Shown piece after piece: positions 48,694 to 60,033 of a DNA stretch of 64,000 nt. Every line of letters starts with the position of its first letter. Within the stretch, counting starts at the first letter, position 1. Source of the stretch: Trichodelitschia bisporula (lineage: Eukaryota); assembly GCA_010356995.1 (NCBI GenBank), contig ML996703.1:682001-746000 (forward strand), given 5' to 3'. Below the pieces are notes generated by a model. That model had not been told where the DNA came from. It was given only the letters and a program-made list of their open reading frames with translations, and made no database searches. The translations under genes and the position numbers were made by a program.

Positions 48694-51651
48694 ATGGCCG
48701 CCGAGTCTACCCCTACGGGCAACACGCAGCTCGTGCAGCTTAACCATGCGCGAAACCTCGCGCTGGAAGACCCGTCCATGTACACGCGACTCCTCCCCGC
48801 TGTGTTACCCATGATAGGCTCTGGCTCCAATCCTTCGCTAGAGCTACGTATGTGGGGCGCTGAGTTCCTCGCCGAAGTCTTCGCATCGCCTACGCTCCCG
48901 TCCGACGACAAGCAGCTACTGAGCCTGCAAGCGCTACCGGTCCTCAAGGAACTGTTGGAACTGGTCGGAGGTAATACCGCGCCGCTGGAGCTGGCTGGCA
49001 TGATGAAGAATACAATTCAGGCTGCGACGAGCATTTATCCGTTGGTGTTCCGACATATGTAAGTGAATATCCCATCCTTTAATATGTAGTTCGCGGGCCA
49101 TGTTTGGAGGGCATATTTGGCTCGTTTGGTATCATTCGTCATGCTGCAGAAGCAAGTCGCTCTTTGACTCGATGCACCTTCTAACATTGTTCCCCCCAAT
49201 TAGCGTTAAGAACCCAGAAGACCTGGCGACATGGCAGATAATGGGCAGTATCAAGTCCAACGTGCTGCGGCGGATGGACACGGAACTGCCGGGCGTCCGC
49301 ATATGCTGCATCAAATTTGTAGAGCGAATCGTCCAGACTCAGACCCCTGGGGTGATTCCCGACCCGAGAGTACGTCCGCTGAGTGCTACGTCGCGAGGCA
49401 ATATGCCTAACAAGCTGCAGCGCCCTGACCAAAACGAAATATCTCTCGCCCTTGTCCCTCCGGATCATCCCATCTTACCTCCGACGAACATGGAGGCCGA
49501 AGCACATGGACTGCTTGATCGTGTCCTGAGCATTCTGCAGGAGGACTACACGTAAGTTACCGCCAGACGCTACCAGATTGATGGTGAAAGTTGACGTGGT
49601 AGTGACCCCCTCCTCATCACCGCCACAATCAATGGCCTCGGTGCTCTGATGAAGCTTCGGTCTAGCCTTGCAAACAAGATCATCAATGCCGTCCTCAACT
49701 TCAACCCGTTTCGGATGGCAAGGGCCCCGGTGACAGTTGCAAGTAGGTTGATAATGCGGTCAATTGAAAAGACTGTCTGCGTTTTCCTAACTAGCATTCT
49801 CAAGAGGTAAGTCCACTTGAATACGTTATGGTGTAGCTATTGCCCGGGGCGGCGATGCGATACCATTGAGGTGTCAGTATTTGGAGACGGTATGTCCTAA
49901 CCTGTGTAGGGCCCCGCAACATCCGCTTGCACCTAGAATTGACCAGCATATCGGGCGCCTCCACCAGTTGAGAAAGGACTTGCTGGAGGGCGTACCCGAC
50001 CGCAAGAGACCGGCTATCATGGAGACCACAGATGGTACTGACAAGAAGCGTCAGCGCGTAGGAGTGGCGCCTCCTGGCGCTCCCCAGGTCAAGCCTGCGC
50101 CTGTTGTCGTTGCGCCTACGCCACCTGTCGCGCCCATAACTCCTGCGCCTTTGAGCTATGCCCAGTTATTCAGCCTGACTGACGACCCGAATGCCCTGAA
50201 CATGAATGTGCAGCCGATTCCTGCGGATATGGCCGCACGCACGTTAGTGTTGCTGCTACAAGATCATGTGGACACTGGTCGCTTGGAAGCCGCTATCAAT
50301 GTACGTGAGCGAATGCAGATTATTTGCCATGTCTGCCACTTGCGTGCTGCACCGTGCCATGTACCAGCCGGCGAATAGTTGGCTGCTACACAATGGACCT
50401 CCGCGCACCCACCCCTATCCTTACTCCTTCCTACTGCCCCCTCTCCTCCCGCCTGGCTTTATGTCCTACCCTTTTCGCTGTTCGAGATGCTAACCCTCTC
50501 CGCAGGCAGTGCGCAATCGCTACAATACGCTTGTTCAAGCCGTGAGCCTCCTCACCCAAGCCCCCGCAAACGGCGCCGTACAAGCACCGCCACACGTCAT
50601 GCCACCTCCCGAAGACGAAGAGGATTACGAACCTGACTTCGAACCGACCGAAGACGCAGAGATGATTAAAAACCGGATGGAAATGGACTTACCCGAGGAC
50701 ATTGCGGCGGCCAAAGCAAGCACCCAGGATGTGGCGCAGTATCGGCTCCCGCGGCCCGAACCTCTGTCCGATGAGCAACTCGAGGCTGCCAGCCTCGCCA
50801 ACATTGAGCGCATGTTCGCTACGCTCGATGTGCTGCCCAAGCCCAATGCCACACCGGGCCAAACATACAAGCGCGGCTTCCATGAGCCCGTCATCCGCGG
50901 CGCGCTAGACCGGGATAGCTACTTCCGCCTCATTGTCAGGGTGGCGGTACGGCCAACAATGGTGGCTCCAGAGCGTGACGAACTCAAGAAGGAGGAACGC
51001 GGGCCGGCACTGTATGGCGACCTTGTCCGCCACCGTCTCCTGCAGTACATCCTGTCAGACTGGCAGCATCGAATTGGGTATGCAGTTACCTGGTTCACTG
51101 AGGAGTGGCTGGCAGAACAGGATGTGCTGAGGGCGCGGGCGTTGCCCGCAATCGCGGGTGAGGAGGAGCGGCGCACGATGGAACCAAGGCGGAACTACCG
51201 CAAGTGGGTCCTTAAATTCATCGATGATCTAGCCGCGTATCTGGGTGGCGGCAAGACTGATTTGCGAGTCCTGGTCCGATTTATTGGCGAGGTGCCGGCG
51301 CTGGATCCAGAGATTGTGTCGCGCGTGCGGATGCTTGCGAGCGATCCTGAGCGAGAGGGGATTGTTGCTGCGAGCTTGCGCTATTTGGTCCAGTACCGCG
51401 TACCTGCGAAGGAAATGGCTCTCGACGCGTTGCAGGAGGTGTGGCAAGGTGAGTATTTGCTTTTATGAAGGTATAGGGCTAACGATGTGTAGAGAACCAG
51501 TCGTTCGAGTCACCAAATGCGAAGCTGTTGACTATTCATCGGCCGGATTTTGTGGAGCAGAAGCGAAGGGAGAGGGAGGCGGCTGCTATAGTGGCGACTG
51601 TGGTATGTTCTATGGCGCTATAGGGGACTTTATACTAACTGTTGAAAGTAA
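48694..51651 (+). CDS. PTA1: mRNA cleavage and polyadenylation factor Pta1/symplekin-like scaffold
   Basis: QLNHARNLAL, SIYPLVFRH, GVRICCIKFVERIV, EAEAHGLLDR, SIEKTV, WFTEEW and RFIGEVP. Multiple introns, including 50301-50505 and 51603-51648. Confidence 0.88.
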
Positions 51652-52060
51652 TCTCTTCCTGGATTCGGTAGAATTGGCGACGGACTTTATCAATGCGAAT
51701 GAGAAAACATGGGGTGTATTTTGGGATCGGACTGCTTCTCCCGTTGACAGTGGCTGAATAGTGTTCGCCTTCGGCGCCTGGCATTGAAGAGTGCGCTGCT
51801 GTTGGTGATTTTGCATGGGTTGCGGTGCCAAGGGGGTTTCACGGTGGTTGCCATTACCGGTCACTCGTATGGCTTGTCTTGCTTCAGTGGGACACTCATG
51901 AGATAACTTGTATTGTATGATAACAGTAGTCTGATGGGGCGTGAGTTGAAGAAATGTTCAAGTAGAATGGGTACCCAAAGAGAGACTGTGACATCCATTC
52001 TGCATTACCTCAGCTGTGCTGGCTCATTACAGGGTTTCAAACGATGTGGACAGAAGATTT

Positions 52061-52856
52061 CTACTCCTCCATCTCGTCCACGCCACCCATCGCGTCCTCT
52101 TCCTCCTCAGGCGCCTCCTCCCACCACACGATCGGCCCAAGGCCCGCCTGATCCATGGACCCAATAATCGTGTAAGGCACATCCCTTGACTCTAAACTCT
52201 CATCGTTCTCCGTCCCTTCCGACGATGTAAGACCTGTAATCTTAGGTTTCTGCGGCGTATGATCATGCCACACCTCCGCCTCGACGCGAAAGCGCACAGG
52301 CTCGTTGCGGTCGTAGAAAAACTCCGTCCCGTCTTCCGTCGTCCAGATCCACACATGCTCGTCGTCGCGAAATGTGAACCGCGAGCCTTCAAACAGGTTG
52401 CCTGGCCCGGGGATCCAGATGTCGCTGAAGAAGTCGAGGCCGATGCGCAGCCCTTCCGCCGTCGAGCCCTCGAGGATCACACCTTGGATGATTTCACCTT
52501 TGAAGGGACGGAATACAATCGCCCGGAATACCACGTTGACGTTAACCATGCCGTCACTCTGGCCGATTAGACCTTCGGAGGCTTTAAGAAGCTCCCAGAA
52601 ACAGATGCAGAGGCCCACATTCTGTATGACCTGGATGACGTTAGCCCCTCATTGCAAAGATTTATAGCCGTGTTTCTTAGGATGCTGTACCTTGTTCGCA
52701 TATTTCCGGTTTATATTATCCTCAATGGCCTCTATGCTCGGCTTGCGAAAGTCCTGGGGCGTTATCCGAACGAGGTCGGAAATGGTCGTCTAAATGGTAA
52801 CAGTGAGGACACGTTCAAGATATGCATGCAATAGCAATACTCACGAGGACAAACAT
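52061..52856 (-). CDS. RPC25: RNA polymerase III subunit Rpc25 (RPC8/POLR3H)
   Basis: MFVL|TTISDLVRI..., NRKYANK|VIQNVGLCI, FRAIVFRPFKGEII, DFFSDIWIP and GSMDQAGLGPIVWW. Confidence 0.95.
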
Positions 52857-53429
52857 GCTTGATGGATTCGCGCATGCATACTCTGGTACTACCTTTGCCC
52901 TATCACTTCGTTTTAGCACCGCGCTCACTTTGCTCCCTTCGACCTGAAATCTGAGGTTAAAGTCACATGACTGTGGTTAGGTGATTATGATGCTGTGTTG
53001 CCAAGAAACGGGGGCGCACAGGCCCTGACAAGGATTCTAGAGCGCACGGGCCAAGGGAGGGACGACATCTCTGCCACTTGAACTTCTCCACAAACACCGA
53101 CAACTCCAACTCTCTGCACTACGCGCCGCCCCCTTTAACCTCGAAATTCTTCACAAATCCTTGTGATAATCAGTGAAGCTCTTTTCACAGACAACTGTTT
53201 CCATAGTCCATCGGTATTACTGATACTGTTTGTTCATCCTCCTGCTCCGGCGGGGTTGCTTCGTGGTGCTCTGTCGCGCAGCGTCCGCATCAGTTTCGGC
53301 CCTTCCTTCACTCATCCAGTACGACTCTCATTTCTCTGGCTGTGCCTTCTGCATCAAAGGAGCAATGCAAACTGATGTATTGCAGCATTTTCACCTGAAA
53401 TCAACGCTGTCAGTGCAAGTTCAATTACG

Positions 53430-55353
53430 ATGAGCGGGCAATTCAACTTCCCACCTCCTCCCCCTCCCCCTTCGAACAACCAGCAAACCCTTCACCCTCC
53501 CTACCATGGTCAAGGACTGTCCAACGGCTACCCGAGCCAGGTTGGAGGCCGCAACTACACACAGGTGGACAATCTGAACCACCAGTTCGGACAGCAACGG
53601 ACACAGCAGCGGTTCGGCGGCGGCGGTCGGGGCCGAGGCGGTTACCACAACAGCAACAATCGTGGTGGTGGTAGGAGCTACGGTTCTCAGAATCCCGGTC
53701 AAGGCCGTGGTGGTCCGTCTCAGAATCTGTCGCAAGGTCATCCCTCCTACAACGGGAATGCAGCAGCAGCTGGTCCGCTTCAGGGGCCATACCACCATGG
53801 ATATCCCGCTCCTGTTCAGTCTAGTTTGCCAACTTCTGGCTACGGGCAGCAGTGGCAACAGCCCATCTCGGGTCCTGCGCAGTCGTCCTATACCGCCCCC
53901 CTCACTCAGACTCCTAATAGTCGGCAATACCCCCCTGCGTCTTACGGCTATCAGGTTGCCCAGTCAGCTCCCCTTCATGGACTGCCAGTCTCGGGATACG
54001 GCATGCCGGCGGCAGCCGTTCCTCCCGCTACTGGGCAGCAGCCCCAGCAGCTGCCGATGATGGGACCGCCCATTCGGTGGGGCTTCCAAGGTGGGCAGCC
54101 GCCTCAGCACACACCCCCGCAGCAGCCGTTTAGAGGCGGTTACCGTAACCGTCCTCGCGGCAACCGCCCCGCTCAGTCGCAGCAGCCGCACACTGAGACC
54201 AAGCCCATCTCCGTCCCCTCGGTCCCAAATTTTGCTACATTGTCACTTCCACCGAAACCTCCCGCTCTCGCTTCTAGTTCAGACAAGCCGAAGAAGAAGA
54301 AGCGGAGGAAGGGAAATCAGCTCGGACTCACTCCTAAAGGGGATGCTCAACAGGATGTTGATGAGGAAATAGATGAAGAGGAGGCTTTTAAGGCGTCTGG
54401 GAAAAGGTTCGTTGCATATTCACCCTTTCACATGTGTACTAACTGTATAGTGCTATCGAGCTGATGCAACCAAACGGAGTTTCTGTTTCGCTGAGTACTT
54501 CAGAGGACGTTGCGGCTTTCATTGCGCAGCGTAGGAAGAACTACCCCACGGCTGCGAAAGTCGAAGCGAAAAAAGCCTTCGCGGAAGCCGAGGCTCAAAA
54601 GCGGAAGGCCGATCGCGCTGCAGCCAAGGCCAAGGCTAAGCAGCAGAAGGCTCAGAAAGCTTCTGAGGCCCAGATAGCGGCCACACAGCCAGCTGATGCG
54701 ATCCCTGAAGATCCAAAGCTCCGCATCGAGTATCTGCGTAAACAGCTGCGTCTTGCCGAAGAAGCCGCTGCGGGCAACAGCACGACTTGGACAGCCACCG
54801 CCGCCAACGGGGAAGCTCATGCTGATGCTTCTGCCGCTGCTCAAGCTTCCAACGGTACCGGCGCCCCCTGCGACTTGATGGCCGCGCTCGAAAAGTCGCT
54901 TGGTTACGTTCGTGAGGACCACGCTGCTCCTGATGTCAATCCAGCCCTCGATAGTCTGGGTAGCACCTCGACGTCGAGCACTGACACGACGGAGGATGAA
55001 CAGGGTGGCCCCACCAAGAGGCGCGTTCAGCATGCCGCTAAACGCGCCCGCGGTGAAGTTCCACTTTGCAAGAACTTTCTCAAATCTGGTCGTTGTAGGT
55101 GGAAGAACTGCAAGTTCATCCACGAATCAGCGAATGCGGGCACTGGTAGTGATGCTGCTTCGCAAGTCCCTCCCCAGAATCCGAAGAAGCGAAAGCTTTA
55201 CGATATGGTGAGTTCTGATTGCAATAATGTCTTCTATAAGCTCTTGTTCGGGTACTAACACTGCCTCAGCTCGTTGAGCAGGACCGCAAGCACGTTTACA
55301 GACTCGGAGTCCAGGCCGTCAAATTCCTTGGCAGTACCGGATTTCTAAGTTGA
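53430..55353 (+). CDS. NUFIP1/Rsa1-like snoRNP assembly factor with CCCH zinc finger and Gln/Gly/Pro-rich N-terminus
   Basis: NQLGLTP, EDVAAFIAQRRKNYPT (NUFIP1 motif), CKNFLKSGRCRWKNCKFIH and LYDM|LVEQD...AVKFLGSTGFL. Two introns. Confidence 0.8.
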
Positions 55354-56079
55354 TCGCTTTATTGCTCTCACCGCTTCGCCTTCCCACACTGCATGAGGAA
55401 TCGCGGACAATATTTGACGTTTTATGAAGGTACTAACTAATATATAGACACAAGGGGAAGGGGAAGACGAAGATAATGGGGGTACGAACGTCAAGGGCGT
55501 AAGCGGCAACGAGCAGGTCAATATGGATGAGAACACTGTCAAACAGGCCAACGTCGACGAGAACCCTGTGGAACAGAACATTATCAACAATGGGACGTAT
55601 ACGACCTCTCAAGTCTCTAGAAATGCTTCCAGAAAGATCTGGCGGCTCGCGACAAGGAGCAAACCGACTGTTCGAAAAGGTTCCGGCCGACTTCCACATG
55701 TTGGCCTCCATGGGTTGCTTGCCGTATCGTCCCGGGTGCACTTAGTGTCACTTTGCTACGCATAAATACGGGTAGAGTAGAACTAATGGGCGAGATGTGG
55801 GACGGTTCTGGCTTTGTATGATAGGGCATGGCTTAACCGGGCTTCACAGCTCGTGGTACGGAATAAGGCTGTCGTGTATGATTATCATGACGGTAATGGT
55901 GGTGACTTCTGATATCTAGAACGACAGATGTATGCTGTGATAGTACGCAGTACTGTGATGCTTTCTGATTGGATCTGAACGTTGCTCCGCACGGACCAAG
56001 TCATCGGCATCCGGGCTTGAGGTCGACCAATTTCATGGATTGACCTGCACTTGAGCATGCAAACCCTCCACTTTTCAAT

Positions 56080-57776
56080 ATGACTGAAGCAGACGCTGTT
56101 TACGTCAAATCTTCGCCCATTGCGGGAAGAGGCCTTTTTGCCAAAAAAGATATCGGCGAAGGCGAACTCATCTTCCGCATTGCCCAGCCCATGATCGCAG
56201 TTCTCGACGTACCCCGTATCGACGACACATGTGCCACCTGCTTCACATGGACGGTGAACCCCACCGGCCCATCGACCGACCACGCAGTCACTGTCAAAGC
56301 CTGTGCGCGTTGCAAGCAGCTCAAATTCTGCAATAAGGTGGGCTACCGACCTCCCTTCTCACAACTTCGGACTGCAGTTTCTAACCTTCCAGACCTGCCA
56401 ATCCCGCGCCTGGTCCCTCTTTCACAAGTTCGAATGCCGCACCCACGACCCGTTGGCCGCGGTCAACACAACCGAGCTTCGCAAATTTATGCATACGGGG
56501 CGTGCCGTGATACGCCTCCTCTTGCAGTGGGAGCACGGGACCATTTCTGCAGACGCGTGGAACGATATGTTGAAGCTGGAGGCATCTGTAGATCGTATAC
56601 TCGCTGCAGGAGGGAAGCGGGCGGTTGAAGTTCGGGGTCTTGGAGAGTCCGCGCTGTGGTATACCGGGCTTAAGGGCAAGTACTCCAATGAGTTTGCGGT
56701 GCACTTGTCCGCTATGGTGAGTGAATTCTGCTCGATATTGGGAAAAGATGCTTATAGTTCAGCTCCAAATCAACGCCTTCACCCTCATAACGCCTACCCT
56801 CGACCCGATAGGCGTCGTCTTCGATCCACTCGCCGCCTGCGCAAACCACTCCTGTAATCCCAATGCCGTCGTCCTTATGGATGGCCCGCACATGTGCTTC
56901 CGCTCCTTGCGCCCCATACTCAAAGACACTGAAATCCTTATATCCTACGTCGACGCCACTAACCCGCGCTCTAGACGACATGAGGAGCTAAAAGAACGGT
57001 ACTACTTCACTTGCACTTGCGAAAAGTGCGCTGCCAGCCCGTCCCACCCTGAGGACGAACTTCGCCCCCTCAACGCTGTCCAGAAAAGAAAGACGCAGGC
57101 CGTCCTCGCGAAAATACTCAAGGAAAATCCGGACCTCGCGCCGGACATCTCACAGCATCCCTCCCTGGACACAGCTCTCGAAGTCCTGGAAAAGCACTAC
57201 TTCGACGAGCTCACTCGCATACGAGTGGCTAACATCCCTTACCTCCAGATCAATGCTAACATCACGTGCACAATCATCGAGGACAGAATTCGGATGGTGA
57301 GCAGCGTGCCTGCGTGGCCGCAACACCGACAGCCGCTCCCCGCGCTGCGGCACGAGTTGTATCTCAACCACGTCTGTACCGGGCGCTGGGCGGACGCGTT
57401 CCTGCAGGTCGTGCTCATGCACACTTTGTCCGACCCCATCCTCTATCCCGCGCCGCATCATCCCGTGCGCGCAGTGCGCTTGTGGACGGCGGCGAAATTG
57501 GGCCTCCTTATTGCGGAGCATGGGGCGCCGGAAACGTGGTGGGGCGTGAATGTGGGCCCTGTGACATTAGCATACTTCAGTGAATTTATAGGGATAGTGG
57601 GAAAGAGTCATGGCGTGGGGAGTAAGTTTGAGAAGATGGCCCGAGAGAAGTGGGAGGATGTTACCTATGGTCCGCTTGTGGCAGGGAACGTTATGGTGAA
57701 GGGCATTGTTGAAGATTCGCTGCGGAGGTTGGTGGAGATTGGGCTGGCGGCGGAGAAGGCGGAGAATGCGGCGTAG
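56080..57776 (+). CDS. SET and MYND domain (SMYD-type) lysine methyltransferase
   Basis: GRGLFA; MYND CATC...CARC...FCNK|TCQ...HKFEC; ANHSCNPN; ISYVD; post-SET YYFTCTCEKC. Two introns. Confidence 0.92.
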
Positions 57777-57878
57777 AGGCTGGTCGGGCGAGATGCTTCT
57801 ACGCGTTGCTCGTTGTTCTGGACAACGGATGAGGTTTAGGGTAGCGTATGTGGGCTCTCGGAGAAGCCTATGGTGTAT

Positions 57879-57938
57879 CAGACAGCGACGCAGACAGCGA
57901 TGCAGCCATCGATGTAGGCAGCGACGCAGGCAGCGCCG
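57879..57938. repeat. 12-bp minisatellite, 5 degenerate copies (CAGACAGCGACG-like)
   Basis: CAGACAGCGACG CAGACAGCGATG CAGCCATCGATG TAGGCAGCGACG CAGGCAGCGCCG. Confidence 0.85.
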
Positions 57939-58035
57939 GAACGGGAATAAAAGCCCCTCCCTCCTTCCCCACGGTCTCAACCCCTCACAGTCGCAACTTC
58001 TCACGGTCGCAACTCCCAACCTCAGCTACACAGCC

Positions 58036-58614
58036 ATGGCTCTCAAACGCGCTTCCAACGCCTCATCCGGCTCCTCCAAGCGCGTCAAAGCTAGAGCCAC
58101 AACTCCGCCGCCCTCGACCTCAACCACTGATACCGAACCAAAGCCGGACACGGCTAATATCGTGATCCTTGTGCTCCTGGCGCTGATGCGGCGCAGCGAT
58201 ATATCCCAAGCGGATATATGGCGGGTGCTGGGAGCGATGGACTCGAGTCGAAAACCTGGCGGTTGGGAAAAGCATTTGAGACCTACGAATGTGCAGGCGA
58301 TGGAGTTGGCGAAGAAGATGGAGGAAGGGGAGTTTGGTGTTATTGGAGGGAAGAAGAGGGGGCGGCCTAGCGGAAAGAGTGAGGAGGAGAAGGCTGGGAA
58401 GGGGAAGGGTGGGAAAGGGAAGGGGAAGGGCAGGGGGAAGCAGAAGGAGGAGGAGACAGACGTCGAGAGCGAGAAAGAGAAGATGGCGGAGGATGAGAAG
58501 GAGGAGATGACGCCAGAAGATGACCTCGGATCGCTGCCGTCAGTGGGAGAAGTAGTGCTCGAAGCCGGGGATCCCGTTGTCGGAAGTGGCGACAAGGCTG
58601 ATGAGGAAGTTTAG
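58036..58614 (+). CDS. Uncharacterised small basic/acidic, probably nuclear protein with AT-hook-like KKRGRP
   Basis: ATG in GCCATGG context; 192-codon intronless ORF. NLS-like KRVK, helical core (IWRVLGAMDSSRKPGGWEKHLR...AMELAKK), KKRGRP, GK repeats and acidic tail. Confidence 0.7.
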   Translation: MALKRASNASSGSSKRVKARATTPPPSTSTTDTEPKPDTANIVILVLLALMRRSDISQADIWRVLGAMDSSRKPGGWEKHLRPTNVQAMELAKKMEEGEFGVIGGKKRGRPSGKSEEEKAGKGKGGKGKGKGRGKQKEEETDVESEKEKMAEDEKEEMTPEDDLGSLPSVGEVVLEAGDPVVGSGDKADEEV

Positions 58615-59295
58615 TCGCCTTCGGATGCGGAAGCTTAGCTGTTCGTCTTCAGAATCAGAAATCGATCGGATACATTCCCCTTAATCCATGACACGGTTAG
58701 CAGTGAATCTTAAGCTTCGGCCTCCCGCACATCATCGCCCCACCTCGTATATCGTATCTCATATCTCCAGTCCCACAGCCTAATGCACCTCAAATGTGAC
58801 GTGCCCCACAAATATCCCGCGCGCCGTCTCACGAACGCGGAGCACTGGCCACCTTCTTGGCAGCCTTGCAGTTCATGCATGAAAGCGCCGATCGCACAGC
58901 CCACGTTCCAGACACTCAAAAGGCCAGCCCAGTTTCGAGATCATAAAATTGGCACCGAGCTTCATTTACGCCGTGCGCATGACGTCGGGAAAGAGGCCTT
59001 TCCTCAATCCCAGCGCGCCCCGATTAGAGACTAGCATCAACAGCAAGCAACACGCAAAAACCGCACCAAGAAGCAAGATTGCCCAGCAAAGACACGCGAT
59101 GCACACTTTTGACCGCCGCGCGGAGAAAACAAAGCCCTGGTATTCGATCTGCAGCGCACGCGCTGAAGTCCTACCCGAACAAGCCCTCCACGCAACGCAC
59201 ATGCGAAAAATGGTATCTAACAAGCCCCAGCCAAACCCAGAACCCACGCCTCGCCCTCAAACATCATACAGAGTACCCCCCCAACCGCGTCGCAA

Positions 59296-60033
59296 TTAGT
59301 GGAAGTAAAGCATAGCGACGACGGCGCCCATGATCAGCGCAACGGGGCTCTTGAGCCCGCTCGCGCCGCTGCTAGGTGCGGTGACAGACTTGGTCGGGAC
59401 GGAGCTCGCGCTCGTGACGGCCTTAGTCGCGGATGCGGAGGTCGCGAGCGTAGTTGTCGTGGCGCTGGAGTCGGTGGCGCTGGTGGAGGTGGCGGCGGAG
59501 TCGGTGGAGGAAGCATCGGCAGAGGTGGCGGAGGCCTTAGCGGTGGCAGACGCGGTGGGGAGGGCGGTGCCGGTGCCGCCGGACACAGCGAACAGGCCGG
59601 AGTAGTTGTTCGAGGTGCCCTGCTTGATTTCGAAGGCGTAGTCGGTGCCGTCGGTGATGGTGCTGTCGACAGTCCAGGTGAAGGAACCGCCTGTGCCGGT
59701 GGCTGTGAGGGTGGTGAGTGTCACTGATAGCGAGAAAAACGCGGAAACAGTAAGCAATGTACGGGTGGGTGAGCCTTACAGGTCAGAGTGCCGACTGTAC
59801 CGAGGTTGCCAGATTCGCCTTTGCGCAGCAGGATAGTCACCGGCTAGAGATGTTAGAGAGACTACGAGAAGTGGAGAAGTGCGCGCAAGTCGTACCTGGG
59901 TCGCATCACCGCCGGACCACTGGATCGTGTACTGCTGGCCGGCCTGGACGGACGTGGGAACCGACGTGAACATGAGCTGGGCCATGGCCGAGGCGGCCAG
60001 AACGGCGACGCTGAGGATGGTGCGGAAGTACAT
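59296..60033 (-). CDS. Ser/Thr-rich GPI-anchored cell-wall/membrane protein (Kre9/KNH-like N-terminal domain)
   Basis: Signal peptide MYFRTILSVAVLAASAMA; AGQQYTIQWSG...GSFTWTV...YAFEI...NYSGLF; S/T/A-rich stalk; hydrophobic GPI signal. Two introns. Confidence 0.9.

Noticed and set aside
57706..58035. 110-codon in-frame extension (TTG start) upstream of the AT-hook-like gene, encoding RQRRRQRC repeats
   Set aside because: Non-ATG start overlapping the SMYD gene end; explained by translating the minisatellite.
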